Shown piece by piece: positions 58,189-64,000 of a stretch of 64,000 nt of DNA. The position numbers and the translations under genes were made by a program. The notes under the pieces are model-generated. The model was not told the origin of the DNA and ran no database searches. It saw only the letters and a program-made list of their open reading frames with translations. The stretch's first letter is position 1, and each line of letters opens with the position of its first letter. This stretch comes from a virus, in the UHGV virus genome UHGV-1455077; one strand, given 5' to 3'.

Positions 58189-59895
58189 ATGAAATATACC
58201 TCACTTAAAAATGATATTGTGAATATTTTACATAGTTCAGATTATGATTTATATTTAAAATTTTATGATGAAGATGGTCGTAACACTTTAGATACAGAAA
58301 AATCTGAATGGTGTTATATTAGTAATTATAACATTATAATAAAATTTATGAATGACGAAAATTCAGTTATTCAAATATGGAAAGATAAAAATACATTAGA
58401 TGAAAATATGAAACATATTATCCAGAGAATTAGAGAACTTTCTGGATTAAATGGGGTACAAGTTCAAATCAGAATTTATGATGATTTAAATCAAAGAAAA
58501 ATTTACAATTTAATTAAAAATGATATTTTAAAACAAAGAGAAAGTGAAGATATGGATGAATCAGTAAACAATGATGATAAAGTATTAATTGAAACATTAT
58601 ATAATATTGTTAATACTGCAAAGGATACAAAACGCCCATCTGATTTTTATATTTCAGAAGCAATGCAATTAGAAAATACAAGAAAAATTTTTTCTGAAAT
58701 TATTAAAGAAATTTCTTATTTAAATGCCTTCAAAAATACATCAATATCAGAAACTTTAAAACCTTTAATGTCATTAAAAACATTAGATGAAGTTAAAGAA
58801 TTTTCGAAATCAATTAAAAATTCTGAAATTATTAAAGAAAATGCAAATAATATCAAAAATATTGCATCATTTGTTAAAAAAGAATATTTAAATAACGGAG
58901 ATTTTATTGTATCAAAACCAAGAACATTATTTGTTCTTGAAAATGTTAAAGTTTATACAGCCAAAGAAAAAAATAATCGTGAAAATTTAATTAATGCTTA
59001 TAATCAATTATTGTCTTTTACTCAAAATGCAACAAAAGGTACAGATATAATTCGTGAAATTAGAAATAATAAAATTTGTGAAACTTTTAATGTTTCTCGT
59101 AAAGAATTAGTTGATTTATGGTTATCAAGAACAAACAATTTAAAAATTGAACCTAAAAAAGTTTTTGTTGTTGAAAACTATAAAGGTGAAAAAGTTATTT
59201 TTAATGAAGCAATGAAAAACGGTATCAAAGCATTAGCTCAATACATTAATAATGGTGGCTCTCGTGATGATATAATTTGTAAAAATATTATGTTAGAAAC
59301 TGTTAAATATAATCAAATTTCTGATTTTATTAAAACATATCAAGATAATTATAAAGTTAGAAAATTTTTACCAAAATTTAAAAATATTTTTAGTGAAAAT
59401 GCAAATAAATTATCATCAGCTTATTTAAATTTTAATAAAGAATTATTTGAATCAGTTGAAGAAGAAATTGATTATACTTCACAATATCAAAAACTTTGCA
59501 AAGATATGGGCGTTGAACATCCAGCTATTAAATATCTTGCAATTGAAAATGCAAAAAAAGATGCGGAATATTGTTCAGTTTTAATGGAACAAACCTTATC
59601 CGATGAAACAATTTTAACAGAAGGATTAAAACCTTACATTCAAAATCCATTTACATTATATAATATTGTCAAAACAATTATGGATAATCAAATAATATTA
59701 AATAAAACATTAGTTGAAAGTGTAAATGATTCTAATATTAAATCGGTAGCAACTAATTTATATAATAAAATATGTTTTGAAGATAATATAGTATTAATGC
59801 CTATTGCTTCTTCATTATTTAATATTATGCATACAAAAAATTTAAATGAAAGTAAAATTACATATTTAAATACCTTAATTAAATATATAAAATAA
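58189..59895 (+). CDS. hypothetical protein
   Basis: The ORF track starts at TTG 58183. The ATG at 58189 (MKYTSLKN) follows TAAGG. About 568 aa. Confidence 0.5.
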   Translation: MKYTSLKNDIVNILHSSDYDLYLKFYDEDGRNTLDTEKSEWCYISNYNIIIKFMNDENSVIQIWKDKNTLDENMKHIIQRIRELSGLNGVQVQIRIYDDLNQRKIYNLIKNDILKQRESEDMDESVNNDDKVLIETLYNIVNTAKDTKRPSDFYISEAMQLENTRKIFSEIIKEISYLNAFKNTSISETLKPLMSLKTLDEVKEFSKSIKNSEIIKENANNIKNIASFVKKEYLNNGDFIVSKPRTLFVLENVKVYTAKEKNNRENLINAYNQLLSFTQNATKGTDIIREIRNNKICETFNVSRKELVDLWLSRTNNLKIEPKKVFVVENYKGEKVIFNEAMKNGIKALAQYINNGGSRDDIICKNIMLETVKYNQISDFIKTYQDNYKVRKFLPKFKNIFSENANKLSSAYLNFNKELFESVEEEIDYTSQYQKLCKDMGVEHPAIKYLAIENAKKDAEYCSVLMEQTLSDETILTEGLKPYIQNPFTLYNIVKTIMDNQIILNKTLVESVNDSNIKSVATNLYNKICFEDNIVLMPIASSLFNIMHTKNLNESKITYLNTLIKYIK

Positions 59896-59901
59896 CATAT
59901 T

Positions 59902-59984
59902 TGCTCCAAAAGGTATTAAATAATAACACTTTTTGGAGCATATATATCAATTAAATGCTCCTAATTAGGAGCATTTAATTTTTT
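59902..59984. terminator. two adjacent terminator hairpins between convergent genes
   Basis: TGCTCCAAAA...TTTTGGAGCA at 59902..59940, then the perfect palindrome AAATGCTCCTAATTAGGAGCATTT at 59953..59976 followed by AATTTTTT. Confidence 0.6.
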
Positions 59985-61490
59985 CACAACATCTTTTGAA
60001 AATGCTTTCATAAATTTCAAAATATAAGTATCTTCTCCATTTTTTTCTTCATTAATACGATTTCGTTCCTCTCTTGTTAATGGTCTAAATGGATTATCAT
60101 TTTTACTCAATGCCATATCAATTTGAATTTGGCGATTTAACAAATTAAAACCAACAAGATTTGTAATTGCTTTATGACCACCTGACATTTTTTCAATTAA
60201 ATTTATTAAAGAAACACGCTGATTATTCATAAATTTTATCATTCTCATTGATTGTTCAGCACGAGCAGGATTCATATTTTCACACCAATATTTTGACATT
60301 CTTAATCCCATAGAAATGCCTATTTTATTATCAATGTCAACATCAAATTCTTTTCCACAATTTGGAAAATTACTATCAAAATCAACCATATTAAAACCAA
60401 TTAATAGTTTTTCTTTTTCAACTTCAATACCTTTTTCAAATTCTGCTTTTATAGCCAACAAAGAAACTGTCTTATCTTTCAACCAATGAGATTTAGCATA
60501 TTGTTCAAGAAACATATCATTTAAGACAATTTTCCCTAAATCAATTTTATCATCAACATTGGGATTCCACGGATTTCTTGAAACTTGCATCATACCCATC
60601 TCATCCCAAATCATAATAAAAAATTTAGCTTGTGGAAAAATTCTAAAAGCAGTATATCGTTCATAAGAACCAACTTTTTTCATATTTCCACCACCAACCT
60701 GAACAATACAATCACCATTTAAACATAATTGCCCATTCTTTAATATATCAATAATATTATAGTCATCTGTAATCTGACTTTTTGACTTTTGGTCATTAAA
60801 ATATGCTTCAACATTTTCGTTAATTTCTTCTGGTTTTTTATACCATCTTGAATCTTCTTTATTATTAGTATCAATCCAATCAATCAATTGTTTATAGATA
60901 GATACTAATGATGGTGAACATTGCAATACTAAATTAGACAGCCAAGCATTTTTATTTTTATAAGTTAATAGCAACTTATTACAAGCCAACGCCATCTTTA
61001 AATGTCGTTGTAAATGATTTTCATTTTTATCAAATTTAAATACAGCATTTCCAACTTCTTCAGGCATTATATTATATTCATTAAAACTTACTGAATCAAT
61101 CATATCAATTGCTTTTTCATCATCAGTAGAAAAAATACCACTTCCAATAATTGAAGATATAGTAGATGCATTTGATTTTGAATGTCTAAAATGAGTTGAT
61201 GAACCATCATAAACAATTTGTGATTGATGATGGTCAGTATGTATTTGAATAAATTTTTTTCCGTGAGAAAAATCAACCATTACTCCCATATTTCCTTCTT
61301 CTGGAGCTGGAATGTTATATTCACCATCTCCATAATTTACTTTATGAGCCGCAACAACTTCAATATCATATTTTCTTAAATATTCCTTCATTGCTAAAGC
61401 ACTTGTTACACCATCTAAGTCAATATGAAAATAAATTTCAGCTTTTTTATATTTTTTAGCTAATTGTTTAATATTTCTAATACCACTCAT
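59961..61490 (-). CDS. DHH-family phosphoesterase (RecJ/NrnA-like)
   Basis: Motif I is FHIDLDGVTSA. The DHH motif lies in IQIHTDHHQSQ. 509 aa. Confidence 0.7.
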   Translation of the reverse strand: MSGIRNIKQLAKKYKKAEIYFHIDLDGVTSALAMKEYLRKYDIEVVAAHKVNYGDGEYNIPAPEEGNMGVMVDFSHGKKFIQIHTDHHQSQIVYDGSSTHFRHSKSNASTISSIIGSGIFSTDDEKAIDMIDSVSFNEYNIMPEEVGNAVFKFDKNENHLQRHLKMALACNKLLLTYKNKNAWLSNLVLQCSPSLVSIYKQLIDWIDTNNKEDSRWYKKPEEINENVEAYFNDQKSKSQITDDYNIIDILKNGQLCLNGDCIVQVGGGNMKKVGSYERYTAFRIFPQAKFFIMIWDEMGMMQVSRNPWNPNVDDKIDLGKIVLNDMFLEQYAKSHWLKDKTVSLLAIKAEFEKGIEVEKEKLLIGFNMVDFDSNFPNCGKEFDVDIDNKIGISMGLRMSKYWCENMNPARAEQSMRMIKFMNNQRVSLINLIEKMSGGHKAITNLVGFNLLNRQIQIDMALSKNDNPFRPLTREERNRINEEKNGEDTYILKFMKAFSKDVVKKLNAPN

Positions 61491-61544
61491 TTTTCATCTT
61501 TCTAAAAGTTAATATTAAAACTGTATATATCATATTTTTTATAT

Positions 61545-61573
61545 TTGTCAAGCATTTTATCCATAAATATTAT
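61545..61573 (+). promoter_or_regulatory. sigma70-like promoter (TTGTCA -N17- TATTAT)
   Basis: 24 nt upstream of the ATG at 61597. Confidence 0.45.
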
Positions 61574-61596
61574 TATATTTAAAGGAAATAATATTT

Positions 61597-62958
61597 ATGA
61601 GTATCTTAGAAGAACAATTATTAATGAGTGAAATAACATTTGGTTTTGAATTAGAAGCCTATGTAAATCAAAACAAATTAGTATTTAAAGATAATCATCA
61701 ATGGAAACACGATATTGAAAATGTTCCATTAATGACCAGAACTCAATTTGTTGATTATGATAATTTATATAAAAATTTAAAATATTTTTTTCAAACAAAT
61801 TATTTTGGTAATAGTTCTTTTTCTATTGATTCTGATTCTTCATTAAGATATAATGGATTTGAATTACAATCTCCTGTTTTTAATTTAACTCCAAAAAATA
61901 TTCAATATTGTATTAATTTTTTAATGGAATTATCAACAACACCATATCAAATTTATACTGATAGAACTTGTGGATTTCACGTTCATTTATCATTTCCAAC
62001 AATAACTCCAGAAGATGTTTATTGGTTAGAATGTAATTTAGCATTAGACGAAGATATGATAAAAAATTTATCTTCAATAATAAATCATAACGGAGCAATA
62101 ATTAATTTTATTACACCAACATATTCTTCTGATGATTATTTAGAAGATTTAAAAAATGCAATTATGAATGATAATTTTCAAGCAATATCTAGTGAATTAA
62201 ATGAAGAAAAAATGAGATTAATTCGTAATCATCCACAAGGAACACTTGAATGGCGAGGCCCAAGAAATTTCTTAAATAAACCTGATATTGAAGTTATTAA
62301 ACGTTTCTTTATGAAATTATATAAATTCGCAAAATGGATTTCTGATACATTAGAGAAAAAAGAAATTAACGGATATGATAAAAAAACATTTCTCAATTTA
62401 ATTAATGATTTTAATCCTCAATATAAAGAAGTTTTTAAAAAATCTTCAAAAATTTTAACAATTGTTGATAAAATTTTAAAAAAACCATCTTCATTATTAA
62501 ATCTAAATTTAAGTTTAAAAGATACTTTAGAAGTTGTTGAAACTATTTCTAAAAAGATTCCATTGCAAAAATTTACTTTAAATTTTGCCACAAAAAAATT
62601 ACCAGAAAAAATTTTAGCGGCATTTTTATTTTTATATCCACAATTTTTTAAATATTCAATTCAACATCAACCAATTCCTTATAAAGAATTAAACATTATT
62701 GATGGTGGATATTATTTAATTAACATTGTTAATGAAAATAAAAAATATTTAACTTTAAAAGATATTAAAAAAATTATTTTAGATGCTAATTTAACTTATT
62801 ATTCAACATTTGAAATTATTAGACAGATTTCTGTTAAATTAAGAAAAAATTTACTTACAAAATCTTTCTTATCTGCAATCGCTAATCATTTTGAAGGAGT
62901 TCCATATAGTGAAGTATTAAAGGATGCAATTGAATATACTCCAATATTTGATAATTAA
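61597..62958 (+). CDS. hypothetical protein, possible carboxylate-amine ligase (amidoligase/GCS2-like)
   Basis: N-terminal FGFELEAY (GxExE-like) and CGFHVHLSF (H-x-H) echo the glutamine-synthetase-like amidoligase pattern. Not confirmed. Confidence 0.3.
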   Translation: MSILEEQLLMSEITFGFELEAYVNQNKLVFKDNHQWKHDIENVPLMTRTQFVDYDNLYKNLKYFFQTNYFGNSSFSIDSDSSLRYNGFELQSPVFNLTPKNIQYCINFLMELSTTPYQIYTDRTCGFHVHLSFPTITPEDVYWLECNLALDEDMIKNLSSIINHNGAIINFITPTYSSDDYLEDLKNAIMNDNFQAISSELNEEKMRLIRNHPQGTLEWRGPRNFLNKPDIEVIKRFFMKLYKFAKWISDTLEKKEINGYDKKTFLNLINDFNPQYKEVFKKSSKILTIVDKILKKPSSLLNLNLSLKDTLEVVETISKKIPLQKFTLNFATKKLPEKILAAFLFLYPQFFKYSIQHQPIPYKELNIIDGGYYLINIVNENKKYLTLKDIKKIILDANLTYYSTFEIIRQISVKLRKNLLTKSFLSAIANHFEGVPYSEVLKDAIEYTPIFDN

Positions 62959-62980
62959 TTTATAAAAAATCAAGCAAATT

Positions 62981-63046
62981 ATTACCGAACGGTAATATTT
63001 TATCCAATTTTATAAATATATCTTTTAAATATTACCGTTCGGTAAT
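62981..63046. repeat. pair of GC-containing 16-bp palindromes (ATTACCGAACGGTAAT and ATTACCGTTCGGTAAT), each followed by ATATTT
   Basis: Copies at 62981..62996 and 63031..63046 are reverse complements of each other at the centre. Each forms a 7-bp-stem hairpin. The spacer contains TATAAATA (63011..63018). Confidence 0.7.
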
Positions 63047-63102
63047 ATTTAAATTAAATTTAGGGTACTTGACAAATAGTTTATTCTCATTAACAAATTA
63101 AT

Positions 63103-63135
63103 AAAAAGAGTGTCATTTGACACTCTTTTATTTTA
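63103..63135. terminator. bidirectional rho-independent terminator
   Basis: AAAAAGAGTGTCA-tt-TGACACTCTTTTATTTT. Confidence 0.7.
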
Positions 63136-63708
63136 TACAATTTGAATTCTTAATAAGTAATCAAAAACCAATGTAATATTTGATGTTTTAGAAATAGGAT
63201 AATGGCAAATATGAGTAATTAAATCACCTTTACTTGTTCTCAAACCAACTTCAGAAAAAGTATATTCTGAAATAATTTGAGAATCATTATTTAAAACATT
63301 TTGTTCTGTTGGCTCACCTTTTTCCAATGTACAATGAACTAAAATATCTGAATATACGTTACCAGTAACGTGTGAAACCGTCATATAATTACGAGTTTTT
63401 TCTAAATTATCAGTAATTGAATGTTGGTCAACAACTTTATAATATGTTTCATTATATAACGATGCTGTACGACCAATTGTCTGTGGGGTACTATATAAAA
63501 ATTCATTTGAAGCATTTACTCTAACACCGCCGTTACCAAAAACTAATTGTGTTATATATCCACCATTATTTGATAAAGAATTAGCTAAGGCGATTGAAAA
63601 ATTTTCAGGGTGAATATCATTATGTACATCTAAAAGAACTTTACCTGTTTCTTCCTCGTGAATTCTTAAATGACCTTTAATTTTTGGCTGACTATAATCT
63701 TTAAACAT
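63133..63708 (-). CDS. hypothetical protein
   Basis: 191-aa ORF with a late motif 28 nt upstream (63737..63744). Confidence 0.5.
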   Translation of the reverse strand: MFKDYSQPKIKGHLRIHEEETGKVLLDVHNDIHPENFSIALANSLSNNGGYITQLVFGNGGVRVNASNEFLYSTPQTIGRTASLYNETYYKVVDQHSITDNLEKTRNYMTVSHVTGNVYSDILVHCTLEKGEPTEQNVLNNDSQIISEYTFSEVGLRTSKGDLITHICHYPISKTSNITLVFDYLLRIQIV

Positions 63709-63736
63709 AAATTTATCCTTTATCTTACATATACAA

Positions 63737-63744
63737 ATATTTAT
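63737..63744 (-). promoter_or_regulatory. late-promoter-like motif ATAAATAT
   Basis: Minus strand reads GCAATAAATATTTG, 28 nt before the ATG at 63708. Confidence 0.4.
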
Positions 63745-63767
63745 TGCAAAAGAATTATAAAAAACAG

Positions 63768-63796
63768 TTTGTGGTTATTTATTAAATAACCACAAA
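63768..63796 (+). promoter_or_regulatory. perfect 14-bp-stem inverted repeat in the 5' leader of the paralog gene
   Basis: TTTGTGGTTATTTA-t-TAAATAACCACAAA is immediately followed by RBS GGGGA. The centre ATTTATTAAAT is identical to the 56551 hairpin, and the outer stem differs by compensatory changes. Confidence 0.55.
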
Positions 63797-63806
63797 GGGG
63801 ATTATT

Positions 63807-64000
63807 ATGGCTGATATTTCAAAAATAGATATGAACAGAATTAATGGACTAATTGACAAATTTGAAGAAGTAATTAATAAATTAAATATGATAAGATATA
63901 TTGTTGAAGAATATCATTCGGGAACACAATGGTATAAAATATGGTCAGATGGTTGGATTGAACAAGGTGGTTATGTAATAAATCCATCATCTAATGAAAC
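63807..64000 (+). CDS. hypothetical protein, paralog family A (3'-truncated by the window end)
   Basis: MADISKIDMNRINGLIDKF...QWYKIWSDGWIEQGG parallels the protein at 56594. Confidence 0.5.
   Translation, partial: MADISKIDMNRINGLIDKFEEVINKLNMIRYIVEEYHSGTQWYKIWSDGWIEQGGYVINPSSNE

Noticed and set aside
63011-63018. Isolated TATAAATA occurrences such as the one between the twin palindromes
   Set aside because: The octamer is expected by chance many times in DNA of this composition. Only copies at the fixed 25-29-nt spacing from a start codon were called promoters.
1-64000. tRNA genes, CRISPR arrays, integrase or transposase
   Set aside because: All intergenic regions were scanned by eye. They are short and AT-rich with no cloverleaf-like GC-rich segments. 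No direct-repeat/spacer arrays and no recombinase motifs were seen.

Overview
This is an AT-rich (roughly 25-30% GC by eye), tightly packed phage genome segment with the gene content and order of a T4-like (Straboviridae-type) myovirus. Most genes lie on the minus strand. A head module is recognisable by homology and T4 synteny: gp23-like major capsid protein, gp22-like scaffold, gp21-like prohead protease, acidic and small prohead-core-like proteins, and gp20-like portal. A tail/baseplate region holds a gp18-like sheath, a gp19-fold tube protein and several giant structural proteins (2454, 1163, 928 and 717 aa). Replication and auxiliary genes are a family-B DNA polymerase, a FEN/RNase H 5'-3' exonuclease, an RtcB RNA ligase, a serine hydroxymethyltransferase (GlyA), a DHH phosphoesterase, a radical-SAM enzyme, a BCS1-like AAA+ ATPase and an HNH endonuclease. 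The strongest finding is that the large terminase is encoded in two pieces about 6 kb apart (ATPase half 57007..58083, nuclease half 49991..51118), joined at the protein level by an atypical split intein with a short 29-aa N fragment and a long 109-aa C fragment. A conserved late-promoter-like octamer ATAAATAT sits 25-29 nt upstream of at least 13 start codons (a 1-mismatch variant upstream of one more), on both strands. Plus-strand insert genes carry sigma70-like TTGACA promoters instead. Other observations are a candidate -1 frameshift or homopolymer error at the end of a Zn-ribbon gene, two paralogous small genes whose 5' leader hairpins covary, GC-rich palindromes, tandem repeats, two hyper-acidic proteins, and many stop-overlapping terminator hairpins. 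No tRNA, CRISPR array, integrase or transposase was seen. The low GC, radical-SAM and HNH genes suggest a phage related to the low-GC T4-like Campylobacter-type myoviruses, but that is inference only.
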